Assembly (NCBI RefSeq): GCF_002277955.1
Contig: NZ_CP018477.1
Location: forward strand, 2,003,206 to 2,067,205
Direction of reading: 5' to 3'
Length of the DNA stretch: 64,000 bases
From: Thermogutta terrifontis
GTDB taxonomy: Bacteria; Planctomycetota; Planctomycetia; Pirellulales; Thermoguttaceae
The translations under genes were made by a program, and so were the position numbers. The notes below the pieces were generated by a model that saw nothing but the letters and a program-made list of their open reading frames with translations, did no database searches and was not told the DNA's origin. This document shows positions 41,441 through 52,200 of the stretch, piece by piece (position 1 is the stretch's first letter; each line of letters begins with the position of its first letter).

Positions 41441-43321
41441 TTATCCTGCGCGAAGACGACGTTCAATCTCACGAATTGTTTCGCGAAGAGGTCGCTGGCC
41501 TTCTGAAGAGGCCATGGCCTCTTGGCCCGAAAGCCATTCCTCCACACGCTTTTGGGCCGAGATCACGGTCGCGTGACTGCGTCGTCCGAAAAATCGACCA
41601 ATCTCCGAAAGATTGGCCCTTGTGCATTTGCGAGCGAGCCACATGGCCAGCATACGTGGCTGCGTGACGATGCGATCTTTCCGGTCACTCTGAAGCGTGC
41701 CGGGAGGAAGGGCAAAAGCTCGGCAGACCTCCCTCTCGATATCGGCGAGCGTCACCTGCTTGGTACCTTCGGGCAGAAGGTCGGAAAGGATTTCTCCGGC
41801 AAGCTGCCGATCGGGTACCCGCTTGAGGGCCCTCGCAGCGGCTTCCAAACGTCGGAGGGCACCAATGATCTGACGAACGCTTCGGGCAAACGATTCAGCA
41901 ATCCACTGCTGGACTTCGCGATCCAGGGAAAAATTGGTCGCGAGGCAGAAATTCTCAACGATTTTCACCCGCGTGGCAAAGTCCGGCGGATCGATACGAC
42001 AGACGATCCCACTTTCCAGTCTGCTGCGTAGCTCAGGTGTCAATTCACGAAGTTCCGAGGGCGGTCGGTCCGCGGCACACACGACCTGACAGCCATTTTT
42101 CATCAACGTGTCAAGTGTGTAGAGAAGTTCGATTTGCGTCTGTCGCTTGCCCCCGAAAAACTGAAGGTCATCCAAAATAAGGAGCTGGACGCCCCGGTAT
42201 TTCTGACGAAAAACCGGGATCGTTCCCGATTGAAGGGCCTCCACGTAAGCACTCGTGAATTGCTCGGCAGAAAGATAGAGCGCGGCGACGCGTGGATTCC
42301 GTTTTTTAACTGTCTTCCAAATACCTTCCAGAAGATGTGTTTTGCCGACACCGCTTGGTCCGTGGATCACCAGCGGGGAATAACTCCCCAATTTTCGGGT
42401 GACCGTCTCGGCAGCCGCATATGCTAGTCGGTTACAATCTCCCACCACAAAGGTTTCCAGATCGCCAAGGCCCAGTGCGTTGGCGCGATTCACGGCACGC
42501 GGTTCCGAACCGGCGGAATTGGGGCGACCCTGGGTGCCATGGACATGCGTGGCGTCCAGTGGTTCTTCCCGTTTTTCCTTCGTGTTGCCATTCGCCTCAC
42601 GGCCATCAGGTGCTTCGACCGTCGTGTGAGGGAGGACGCGAAGAAAATCGCCTGACGAGTCGCAGCCGTCGCACGTAGGTTCGATCTCATCATCGCTGGG
42701 ATCGGCTGGTGCTTCGCCTGCGATATGCGGTGCGAAACCGCAAGGTTTGTGGCTCGCATCATTGAGCGCTTCCAGGGTGCCAGCTGTTTCCCGACTCCCC
42801 ACCGCTGACAGAATCGGCTTTGGCGCGGTAAGTGAATCGGAGGTAATGCACTCAGCGCATGAGGCGTCATTCTCCGCGGAACACTCACGGGCGTGCGCTA
42901 AATGAGCAAAGAGGGGCAGGTCTTCCAGCGAAAACGTCTGAGTGTGAGAGGATAAGCTTTCGCGTGAAGTGGCCCTCTTAGTTGCGGCGGCAGATGACCG
43001 AGTACTGCCCTTGCCCGGACGAGTGGTCGGCCTGGCAAGCACGGGCTCTTCTTCTTCCGAAGTACTCAGATTCTCATTCCACTCGTAGTGAACCTGGGGG
43101 ATTTTGCCGAAGACCGCCTGGCAGGCTTCCTCGATTGCGTCGTGAAAGACTGTTCGAATCCAATCGACATAAAAACTGTTGGCCACCTGGAGCGTAAGCT
43201 GGGCACCATCCCAAAGGAAGCGCGTACGTCGGCCGAACCACAAGGCATAGCGTTCATATCCGACCTTATCGGCCAACACCTTTCGGAGGGCCGATATGAC
43301 TTCCTTATCATCCCTGGTCAC
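41441..43321 (-). CDS. dnaA: chromosomal replication initiator protein DnaA (unusually long domain II linker)
   Basis: Domain I (MTRDDKEVISALRKVLADKVGYERYALWF). AAA+ Walker A (IHGPSGVGKTHLL), Walker B (LLILDDLQFF), sensor/box VII. Domain IV DNA-binding signature (IVTQPRMLAMWLARKCTRANLSEIGRFFGRRSHATVISAQKRV). An acidic/Ser/Cys-rich linker of about 250 aa brings the total to 626 aa. Confidence 0.9.
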   Translation of the reverse strand: MTRDDKEVISALRKVLADKVGYERYALWFGRRTRFLWDGAQLTLQVANSFYVDWIRTVFHDAIEEACQAVFGKIPQVHYEWNENLSTSEEEEPVLARPTTRPGKGSTRSSAAATKRATSRESLSSHTQTFSLEDLPLFAHLAHARECSAENDASCAECITSDSLTAPKPILSAVGSRETAGTLEALNDASHKPCGFAPHIAGEAPADPSDDEIEPTCDGCDSSGDFLRVLPHTTVEAPDGREANGNTKEKREEPLDATHVHGTQGRPNSAGSEPRAVNRANALGLGDLETFVVGDCNRLAYAAAETVTRKLGSYSPLVIHGPSGVGKTHLLEGIWKTVKKRNPRVAALYLSAEQFTSAYVEALQSGTIPVFRQKYRGVQLLILDDLQFFGGKRQTQIELLYTLDTLMKNGCQVVCAADRPPSELRELTPELRSRLESGIVCRIDPPDFATRVKIVENFCLATNFSLDREVQQWIAESFARSVRQIIGALRRLEAAARALKRVPDRQLAGEILSDLLPEGTKQVTLADIEREVCRAFALPPGTLQSDRKDRIVTQPRMLAMWLARKCTRANLSEIGRFFGRRSHATVISAQKRVEEWLSGQEAMASSEGQRPLRETIREIERRLRAG

Positions 43322-43790
43322 TGCTCCACCGCTCCTGCTGCGCGTACCTTCAGCGCAATGATTTCAGCGATCGTGCGATATGATTGACGCTGAACAGGCT
43401 GCGCAATCAGATGAGTTGCGCACGAGGGATGAACCGCATCATCCTCAGCCTGCATGTGTGTCACCCGATGAGCGTGATTCTACCGCTGACAGCACTGCTG
43501 TCAAAGCCCCACAACTGGGTTGGCGAGCGGAATTTTCTGTGGTCATTTTTCGTTGGCTGAACCACTCCGCAAAACGCAAAACGTCTTCGCCGTCCAAAAA
43601 CTTTTCAAAGGGTTATCCCTCAACCGTGGCGTGGGGAAAGATTGTTACGGAGTAAGTCCGATTGGGCTTCAAGGCTCGATGTATTTGTCGTAACTAATCG
43701 ACTGGTATCAGGTTACGATTTATTGCGAAATCTCTCAGCGACGTCGGAAACGGTGGCGAACTGAAGAGATCTTGCCGTGTCAATCCGGCG
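43322..43790. other. candidate oriC / dnaA promoter region (intergenic upstream of dnaA)
   Basis: 470-bp ORF-poor spacer upstream of dnaA containing an AT-enriched stretch (about 43680-43740) and imperfect DnaA-box-like 9-mers (for example TTATCCCTC near 43611). No perfect TTATCCACA seen. Confidence 0.2.
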
Positions 43791-44771
43791 TCACCCGGTG
43801 ACGGGACCTGCCGCCCCGCGATCGTCGTTGAAAACGAACAGAAAGATGTCGCGTTCCTCAAGAGGTTGCATTCCCAACGACTCGTACACGTGAATGGCCG
43901 GTGTGTTTCGGGTATCAACGGCCAGCAGTAGCCCGCTCCGTTTCCGAATCTGCGCCATCCACTGGGCGTAACGGACCGCTTCCCTGCCCCATCCGTGTCC
44001 CCGAAATCGCGGAATCAGACCCATGTAGACCAGCTCGAGTTGGTCAAAATCCGGATGATCGGTGAGAACCAGGCACCCGACCGGCTCATTCTCGTGGGTG
44101 ATGACAAACCATAAGTCGGGACAATAGACCCCCGCCGCGCGGTAACCGGCCAACACGTCTTCGGTTTCTCGAATTCCGTTAAGTTCAGGGCAATCAAGAG
44201 TACCCACGTACGTTTCTTCTACAATTTCCGCGAATTCTTTCTCGTTCCATGATGTTACGGGAACGAAAGATAGCTCCGAAGAGGGAAGCTGGCGTGGAAA
44301 ATCGCGGGCCGGGGAGAGAAGATAGCGAAGCCGTGCGAGAGGCGAGAATCCGGTGTTCTTTAATGGGTCATGAAATATCGTTTGGTCCACCGAAAGGTTG
44401 GCAAAAATGAGGCGTGTTTGAGAGCTACGCAAGTTAGAGATTATCCCCTTGAAAAGTTTCTCGGCCGTGCTGAGAGGTTCATTCTCGCGGAGTCCCGGGG
44501 CGGAAATGACCGCCGTTCTGCCGGGATACATCGTCCAGAGAATGGCTCCCACCACATCGCTTCCGCGTTGGGCCTGAAGGATCCCAGCGGTGCCTGGTGG
44601 CGATTTGCGGAGATGGTCGAGAAGCCGTTGGACCTGGGCGTCGCGATCGCCCGGCGGAAGGTCCTTGCACAGCAACCATAGATTGAGCCGAAAAGTTTCT
44701 CGTGAAGCGGGACGAATGATCAGCCCCGTTTCGTCGGAATTCTCAGTTGATTGTCGAGTTGGGGCGCCCAT
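43791..44771 (-). CDS. GNAT-family N-acetyltransferase (tandem GNAT-like halves)
   Basis: Acetyl-CoA-binding-like motifs (RFRGHGWGREAVRYA) and a second degenerate GNAT half. 326 aa. Confidence 0.6.
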   Translation of the reverse strand: MGAPTRQSTENSDETGLIIRPASRETFRLNLWLLCKDLPPGDRDAQVQRLLDHLRKSPPGTAGILQAQRGSDVVGAILWTMYPGRTAVISAPGLRENEPLSTAEKLFKGIISNLRSSQTRLIFANLSVDQTIFHDPLKNTGFSPLARLRYLLSPARDFPRQLPSSELSFVPVTSWNEKEFAEIVEETYVGTLDCPELNGIRETEDVLAGYRAAGVYCPDLWFVITHENEPVGCLVLTDHPDFDQLELVYMGLIPRFRGHGWGREAVRYAQWMAQIRKRSGLLLAVDTRNTPAIHVYESLGMQPLEERDIFLFVFNDDRGAAGPVTG

Positions 44772-44790
44772 GGCTTTCTCTCACTTGACG

Positions 44791-45543
44791 TCATCCTGGG
44801 CTGGGAACTCCCCGCGCATGTTGCTCGGCCACTTCCAGCACCAGCCGTCGCGGAACCCCGATGTCCACCACCTCCACCTGGCCCACAAAGGGCGCGGCAT
44901 GGGGCTTCAGAAAACCTGGTTTCATTACGGCGAAGGTTACCGTATGATCCGCACGAACACATGGCTTTCCTGGTTCGCCGCTGTCGCAGTCCCAGCCACT
45001 GGGAAGATCGAGGGCGAAAACGCGGGCCCCTGCATCCCTGGCGAAGTTGATTGCCTCAATGATGGCGTCAAACGGCGGCCGGGGATCTCCAACAGCCCCC
45101 GTGCCCAACAGTCCGTCCACGATCCACTCGGCCTCCGTGAGACAGCGCTTCAATTCGTCGTTACTCAGGTCCATCCCCAGTACTTTCATCGGCAATCCGG
45201 CACGGTTGGCAATTTGGTAATTGAGGAGGGCATCCCCTGTAAGAGATTCTCCCGGAAAGGCCAGTAACAGGAGGACATCGAACCCTCGCAAATCGAGGTG
45301 CCGGGCGACCACGAATCCGTCCCCCGCGTTATTACCCTTCCCACAGCAAACGACGACGCGGCCATGGATTCCCAGGCGTTCCAGTACGTCGGTGGCCCCC
45401 CGGCCGGCATTTTCCATGAGGACCGGACCTGGGATTCCAAATTCTTCGATGGCCCTTCGGTCGAGCTCCCGGACCCACCGTCGGGGAAGGACCACATGAC
45501 GCAACCAGTCGCGCTGGCAGCGATGTCCGTCCATGTGTGGCAA
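44791..45543 (-). CDS. NAD(P)H-hydrate epimerase (YjeF N-terminal domain only)
   Basis: YjeF_N motifs (VVVCCGKGNNAGDGFVVARHL, DGLLGTG, ALDLPSG). No C-terminal dehydratase domain. Confidence 0.8.
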   Translation of the reverse strand: MPHMDGHRCQRDWLRHVVLPRRWVRELDRRAIEEFGIPGPVLMENAGRGATDVLERLGIHGRVVVCCGKGNNAGDGFVVARHLDLRGFDVLLLLAFPGESLTGDALLNYQIANRAGLPMKVLGMDLSNDELKRCLTEAEWIVDGLLGTGAVGDPRPPFDAIIEAINFARDAGARVFALDLPSGWDCDSGEPGKPCVRADHTVTFAVMKPGFLKPHAAPFVGQVEVVDIGVPRRLVLEVAEQHARGVPSPG

Positions 45544-45712
45544 TCCCCTACGACACTGATCGCTGTTTCCCAGGAAAACTTCTCACCGTGCAACCAGTTT
45601 ACCAAAAGAGGGCCCTTTTGGGGCCCTCCCAGGTTAACTGACAAAACTTGGATCCCGAATTTTATCCTGCGGGTGCGCGCCGGCATTTTACTTGCCGGGC
45701 TGCCGTTAGAGT

Positions 45713-47188
45713 TCAGTGCACATCCCGAGGCATTTCGAGCGTCCGGCTTTCCAGTCCTGCAAACGCAAGGACGAGGTACACTACAAATCCTACCAGAAAG
45801 GCAGCAACCGGTGGGCACGGGATGATGTTGGTGTTGAGTACCAGGTTGGCCGCACCAACGCAAAAGCCCAAAATCCAGGACACCCAGCCTGCCGGATTGA
45901 AGCCTGCCCGCGGTCCTGCCCAGCGGTTGCCACTGAGCAAGTAGTCGGCAGCCATCGCGCCGCATACGGGACCGAATGACGCTCCGATCACTGAGAACAC
46001 CTTAACGGCATTACCAGCATACCCAGAGAGCACCAGAGCAATGGAGCAAAGGGCCCCAATGCCACAGGAGACGAACGGATTGACCTTGGGCAGCGTGGTT
46101 TTGAAACTGTTAGCCGCGATGAAACTGGAGAAACATGCGGGCGGGAAGGCCGCGATGGCAAGCAGATACCAGAAAACGGCAGGGGTTTTTGCGCCGAGAA
46201 CGGGCGAAAGCTTTTCCATGAGCAACGTCGTTTGCAGGACGGGAGGTTTCCCCGCGAGCTGTGCCCCAACCGCTCCGGCCGCGATCACGAGCGAAAGCCC
46301 ACCGGTCAAGATGATGGCCCCGGCAATTCCCACCAGGCCGCCCCATTTGACGTCATTTTCATCCCGATTGCCCATGCCAAAATCGACGCCCGCGGCTCCT
46401 GCTGTGGCGAAAAACCCGACCACGTAAGTGGCAACCGCCAGGAAAACGCCCCAGACTGTCAGTGGATCATGAGCCTTGACCTCTTTGGCACCGGACGCCT
46501 GGTCTGTCGCCAGGGCACCATCGGCAGTGACCTTCACCGGAGTCTGACCGTCCTGCACAAGCTGCGTATGATCCATCTTGGTGACGCCGCCTAGCGATGC
46601 CAGGGTGAGGATGACCAAGATCGAAAGCGGCAACAGGGGCAAATAAGTGGCCACACGCCCCACATATTGAATTCCCTTAATGCCGATCAGCGTGGCCAGC
46701 AGCACAAAAGCAATGGCAACCACGGAGAAAGCGACCGAACCCGGTCCCGCCCCGAACGGCTGACACAACAATTGAGTGGTGAAAAATGCATTAACCGCCA
46801 ACCATCCGAATTGCAGAACCCCCATCAAAAATCCCGGCATGATGAATCCGCCCTGTACGCCGTACGTGGAGGTGCCCACGATGTAAAGGGGAAGTCCCGT
46901 CTGAACACCGAGCTTTCCCGGGATGAGATAAAACAGGTAGTGACACACCAGGGCGGACACGATGAGAGCCAGGATAGCAATCCCCAGTCCCTGGGCGAGC
47001 GCGCCACCTGCTGCAAGCGGTATGCCACTGCCTTTGGCAAGCTCTTCCAGCATGGGCAATTGATGCCAAAAAACGAACCACAGGAAGATACCTGCGTAGG
47101 TAGGCGCTGTACTTGCATACCAGGGGGTCCGTTGATCCTTGGGCACCGGACGGGCGCTCGCAACATAATCTGGCAACTGTGTTGACAT
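45713..47188 (-). CDS. NCS1-family nucleobase/hydantoin/thiamine:cation symporter
   Basis: Twelve-TM permease with NCS1-like N-terminus (MSTQLPDYVASARPVPKDQRTPWYA). Start re-assigned to ATG 47188, preceded by AAGGAGGA. The track ORF starts at 47233. Confidence 0.75.
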   Translation of the reverse strand: MSTQLPDYVASARPVPKDQRTPWYASTAPTYAGIFLWFVFWHQLPMLEELAKGSGIPLAAGGALAQGLGIAILALIVSALVCHYLFYLIPGKLGVQTGLPLYIVGTSTYGVQGGFIMPGFLMGVLQFGWLAVNAFFTTQLLCQPFGAGPGSVAFSVVAIAFVLLATLIGIKGIQYVGRVATYLPLLPLSILVILTLASLGGVTKMDHTQLVQDGQTPVKVTADGALATDQASGAKEVKAHDPLTVWGVFLAVATYVVGFFATAGAAGVDFGMGNRDENDVKWGGLVGIAGAIILTGGLSLVIAAGAVGAQLAGKPPVLQTTLLMEKLSPVLGAKTPAVFWYLLAIAAFPPACFSSFIAANSFKTTLPKVNPFVSCGIGALCSIALVLSGYAGNAVKVFSVIGASFGPVCGAMAADYLLSGNRWAGPRAGFNPAGWVSWILGFCVGAANLVLNTNIIPCPPVAAFLVGFVVYLVLAFAGLESRTLEMPRDVH

Positions 47189-47637
47189 AGAATGTTCCTC
47201 CTTACTGGAAGACAACGCCAACGAAACCTCCACGTTTCGGGTTCATGCACTGATAGCACTGTCAGTTGGCATTGAGTATAACTCCGAAATGCCACTTGTC
47301 CATTACCGCCCTGCACTTTTGGATAACGGACAGATAACAGCATTGTCTGGCAAAATTCGTGACAGCTCGTCCCCAGCGGGAGTCCACCGAACCACATTTT
47401 GTGGAGGGTTTTTAGGGTAACACTGGCCGGAATCTCGATAAGACCGGAAGTCGCCAGTTTTCCTGTTTAGCTTATTCGCTGCGAATTGCTGGTTTTGTTC
47501 ATCCTGAAAGAATTGTGGAGACTTCTTATGTTTTCGTATATGTCTGCGCTCAACAGTTTGCCCACTCTTCAAATGTTCTGCGTTGACGCACTCGACGAGG
47601 TCCTGTAGCATACGGGCGTCAAGGCATTCTCCTCACA

Positions 47638-49002
47638 TTGACGGGTGCTGGAGAGTTCGCATCTTACACGCTAGACGATTCCATGGATGGATACTTATAT
47701 TCAGCCCGATGTTTGAGTGCCTTAGATCCATCCCGAGGTGGACTTGGGCCTTCAGATGGGATCTCCGCGTGGACGTTAGCGGGAATCTTTTCGCTGGGCC
47801 TGGGCGTGAGACTGGTGGCGGTCTATCTCTGGGGATGGCGATTTGGTGGCGGATTCATCTTTGGTGATAGCGAAAGCTATTGGCATCTTGCGCGGACGAT
47901 CGCACGAGGAGAGCCCTACAGGTACGGGATCACAGGGGCCATTTTCCGCACGCCTGGATATCCCCTCATGCTGGCCCCCCTGTTTCTCGTTTTTGATGAT
48001 CCACCCATCTGGATTGCACGCGTTGAAGGTGCCGTTTTCGGTGCTGTGACGGCCGTGTTAGTTTGTTTGTGGGGGAAAGAACTATTCAATAGGCACACGG
48101 GGATTATTGCGGGAATTTTGGCGGCTCTGCACCCTGAGTTGATTCTGGGGTCGGTCCCCGTGTTGAGCGAAGCAGGCTTCGCCCCGGCATGGGTGCTGGG
48201 AATGTATCTCCTTGCACGCAGTTGCAATCAGCGAGATTCCGGTGAACTCTGTGCCTGGAGGTCTTCGTTAGGTGCTGGTCTTGCATTCGGGCTGGCCACA
48301 CTGATTCGCCCCAGCGCCCTTCTTTGGCTTCCCTTTCTGCTGGTCGTCCAACTCCTGGTCTGGCGGCGTCTCCTGCCTTCCTGGCGGGCCTGGGCAAGCA
48401 TTGTCGTGGGGTTTGTCCTGGTGATGTTGCCATGGTGGCTTCGGAACTACTGGCTGACCGGGAAAGTTATTCTGACGACCACTCAAGTGGGGGCAAGCCT
48501 CTACGACGGTTGGAACCCGCAGGCCAGCGGCAGCAGCAACATGAATTTTGTGCCTGATAAGTTGAGGGAAGTGCAACGCCAATATCCTGACGCTCATCCG
48601 CTGTTCTGGGAACTGGAACTGGATCGACAACTGAAACGCGAGGCCGTGACGTGGGCAATCCAAAATCCTACGGCTGTCCTTCGGCTTGCATTCGTGAAGT
48701 TTCGTCGCTTCTGGAATATCGTGCCCAACGATCCGGGTTTCAATGTCTTTCCGGTGAATTTGACAATGGCAGTCGCCGCGGTGTTCACCTTCGTTCTGGC
48801 GATTGTGGGTGCCTTGCGGTGGGCCAAACAACGCGTGGTAGCAATGACATGTGTGTTGCCCGCCGTGTATTTCACACTTTTGCACATGGTTTTTGTGTCT
48901 TCACTGCGATATCGCATCCCGGTAGTGCCAGGACTGATCGTCCTGGCGAGTGCCACACTGGTATCGAGGTTTTTTGTGGCGTCCGGCGATAAAGGTGCTT
49001 AG
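47638..49002 (+). CDS. GT-C fold membrane glycosyltransferase (ArnT/PMT, GT83/GT39-like)
   Basis: Multi-TM protein with ArnT/PMT-like N-terminal loop (FIFGDSESYWHLARTIARGEPY, RTPGYPLMLAP). True start uncertain. Confidence 0.6.
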   Translation: MTGAGEFASYTLDDSMDGYLYSARCLSALDPSRGGLGPSDGISAWTLAGIFSLGLGVRLVAVYLWGWRFGGGFIFGDSESYWHLARTIARGEPYRYGITGAIFRTPGYPLMLAPLFLVFDDPPIWIARVEGAVFGAVTAVLVCLWGKELFNRHTGIIAGILAALHPELILGSVPVLSEAGFAPAWVLGMYLLARSCNQRDSGELCAWRSSLGAGLAFGLATLIRPSALLWLPFLLVVQLLVWRRLLPSWRAWASIVVGFVLVMLPWWLRNYWLTGKVILTTTQVGASLYDGWNPQASGSSNMNFVPDKLREVQRQYPDAHPLFWELELDRQLKREAVTWAIQNPTAVLRLAFVKFRRFWNIVPNDPGFNVFPVNLTMAVAAVFTFVLAIVGALRWAKQRVVAMTCVLPAVYFTLLHMVFVSSLRYRIPVVPGLIVLASATLVSRFFVASGDKGA

Positions 49003-49245
49003 TCAAAGGGGTGAGGTGGCGATTGTTGAGGGAGAAAGATGCAGTGCCGACAAGAATTAGCTTGCTGGAAAACGAAGGGCCTGGAAGCGAATCATGCGAC
49101 CCTGCGGAAAAATGCCTGAGGTGGCGGCGGAAGAGGAATGGATCATCCTTTTAGCAAAATGAAGGTGAAAGGGACGTGATGTCTCGAACCAAAGGGTACC
49201 ACACTGCTGGTAAGTTCACCGGCCCATATTGACCCCGGGAAAAAT

Positions 49246-52200
49246 ATGACCTGGCGGCAGCGGCTGATCAGAGAGATCGGTTTCTTCCTAAAATGGGGCC
49301 TTGCTGTTGCCCTGGTTGCCGGGTTTTTCTTTGCCATCTGGCTCTACAAAAGAGTGGATGACGAGCTCCGCAGCGAAATCGAGCGGCGATGTGCGCAGCT
49401 GTGTCCTCATTTGCGAATCCGAATTCGATCAGCTCAGTTGTTGCCCGGCGAGGGGATACAGCTTCGCGGGGTCCGCATCACCATCACGGATTTACCCAAG
49501 GTGACGGCTACAATCGCTGAAATTGAGGAAATCATGCTGGCTGGGCCAGTGGATTACAAGGGGTTGCTTTCTGGCGAAGTTCCCATTCAACGAGTCGTTG
49601 TCCGCCGGCCGCAGGTGCGCATCGCGTGTGGTAGCGATGGACAATGGAATATTTCTCGTTTACTTCCTCTGCCAAAGCTTGCAGGGAGCAAGCATGCCCC
49701 GATTCACATAGAAAACGGCATGGTGGAGATCGTCGATCTTCGCGGCCCGATTCCCACCGCCATCGCATATCGGGACATTCAGATGGAGATTTCTGGCGAC
49801 TCTCTGCCACAATCGGACGGATCGACCGCCGGGATTCGAAAATTCCGCGGCACAATGACAGGTGATTATGTACGCCGAATCGATGTTGAGGGGACATTTG
49901 ATTCCGAAGCACCATGCGTGAGACTGGCCGGCGCGGTCGACTCCCTGGAATTCTCGCCCGAGTGTCAGGCGGCATTTCCCCGGGAAGTGCGACGCACCCT
50001 GCGTCCGCTGGAACATCTTCGTGCTCAGCTTTCACTGACATTCCACCTTTTCTGGGCGGGCGGAAGCAGCACAGTCGTGGACTATGACGTCTCGGGCCAG
50101 ATTCGTCGCGGACGGCTCGATGATCCAAGACTGCCGTATGCCATTACGGATATCCGCGGCTATTTCACCGCATCGCGGGATGAAGTCTCATTGACCGATG
50201 TGACGGCGTTTTCGGGGTCGACGGCATTTGTGGTGCGCTCGGCCAAACTCTTGCACTGGAACCTGGCGGAGTTGGCTGACCTCGACATGCAGATCAACAA
50301 TTTGAAGTTTGATCCAGCACTTCTTCCCCTTTTGCCACCCAAACTTCAGGAGGAATGGCCGAAATACTTTCCGGAAGGAACGGTTCATCTTACTTTGCGT
50401 TTCACCTCACTCGATGACCAGCGTCACTTTCACGTCACTGCCAATTTGGAAAATGCATCGTTTGCCTATTATCGCTTTCCTTACCGGCTTCAGCAGGTTC
50501 AAGGGCGACTGGAACTCACGCCCGAGCGGCTGGGAATTCAGCTCGTGGCAATGGCGGGAACTCAGCCCGTGGAGATTCGCGGGCAGGTTCTCAATCCTCT
50601 GACGGCCCCTGTGACGCAAATCAGCATCAGCGGTCAGCGGATAGCTCTCGATGAGCGGCTGGTGAACGCTGTGCTCGATACGAAGAGCCGTCAAACGTTG
50701 CGGGCCTTGCATTTGGCTGGTTCGGCTGATGTGTGGCTTGGTTTGTGGCAGGATGAGCCGGGTGGCGTGCTCCATCGCCAGATGGAGGCGACCCTCAACG
50801 GATGCTCGATTCGATATGAAGCGTTTCCTTATCCGATTTCCGACATCACTGGCCGCATCGTGATGCGGGACGATGCCTGGTCGTTCCAGGAACTTCGCGG
50901 AAGAAGCGGTCCAGCAGAGATCTCTGCCTACGGTACGCTCCTTCCGCAAAATGGAAGTTCCACTTTACGCCTCGATTTTGAAGCGAAACATCTCCCGTTA
51001 GACAATGAATTGAAGGGCGCCTTTCGCGAAAATCACATCCGTCAGTTATGGGAAGAGCTAGATCCGGCAGGCACCGTCCAGGTACGGGGGACGCTCCTCT
51101 ATACCTCAGGTGAGCCTCTCGACGTCAAATTATGGGCAAGTCCAATTGACCGGGGGCTGACCCTTCAGCCCCGATCTTTTCCCTACCGTTTGGAGGGCAT
51201 CGTGGGCCAATTGAGATACGAGGCTGGAACTCTCTCATTTCATGGGCTCCGCGGACATCATGAAAACACCGAGTTTCAGGCGGATGGATCCTGCCGACTC
51301 TCACAAAACGGAGGCTGGTCACTGGATCTACGGAACTTGTGGATTGACCGCTTGATAGTGGATCGGGCGTTACTTATGGCCTTGCCGGAAGCCCTGAGCC
51401 GCCCTCTCGCCCGTCTCAATATTCAAGGGCCTCTCGTTGTGCGGGGGCAGTTCCGACTGATCAGAGAACACGACGCCTCAGATCGGGGGCCAGGAGCTGA
51501 AATGGTTGCTTCTGCCAGCGACTCGGTCGGCGGGTCGATCCCGCTTCAGGCAGCGTGGGATGTGGTGATCACCCTCGTTCAAAACAGTATGGGAACGAGC
51601 CTGGTATTCGGGAATTTGAATGGAAAAATTCTTTTCCAGGGGCAATATTCGGAGGGAAGGTTTACAGCCGATGGGTATTTGGCTCTGGACGCCCTGCAGG
51701 TGCTCGGGTTGCCGATCAGCCGGTTACGAGGACCATTTCGGGTTGACAATGAATTTGTCATTTTTGGGGGGGACTGGGCTGTCGCTGAATCCGCTCGAGA
51801 GACACCGATGGCGGGTCAACCGGCAAAGTCCCGCCAGCCTTTAACGGCGGAGATTTTTGGAGGCACGTTATCCGGAACCGGTTGGGTGCGTCTTTCCGAC
51901 AAATTCGAGTACGATGTTGCGCTTTCGTTGTTGAAGTCCGATTTCACGGAGCTTGTACGAGAATACCAGAGTAACTCGTCCATCATCCGTGGGACGCTAG
52001 ATGCAGCCGTGCGACTTAAAGGTCAGGGTGACGATATCCAGGGATTGGCCGGTTATGGGAATTTTCAGCTCCGGGAAGCGAATATCTACGAGCTTCCTTT
52101 GATGATCGCACTTTTGAAGATTCTGAGCATACGACAACCGGAGACCACGGCGTTCAGCGAGAGTTCAGGGCAATTTCGAATCGCTGGCCGACACGTCTAT

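Noticed and set aside
47189-47500. Possible TPP or purine riboswitch in the 5' leader of the NCS1 permease gene
   Set aside because: I reverse-complemented the leader and found neither the TPP (CUGAGA ... ACCUGAUCUGGAUAAUGCCAGCG) nor the purine riboswitch consensus. Only a short hairpin (CGAAAC-GUGGAG-GUUUCG) just upstream of the AAGGAGGA RBS is visible. An Rfam scan would be needed to be sure.
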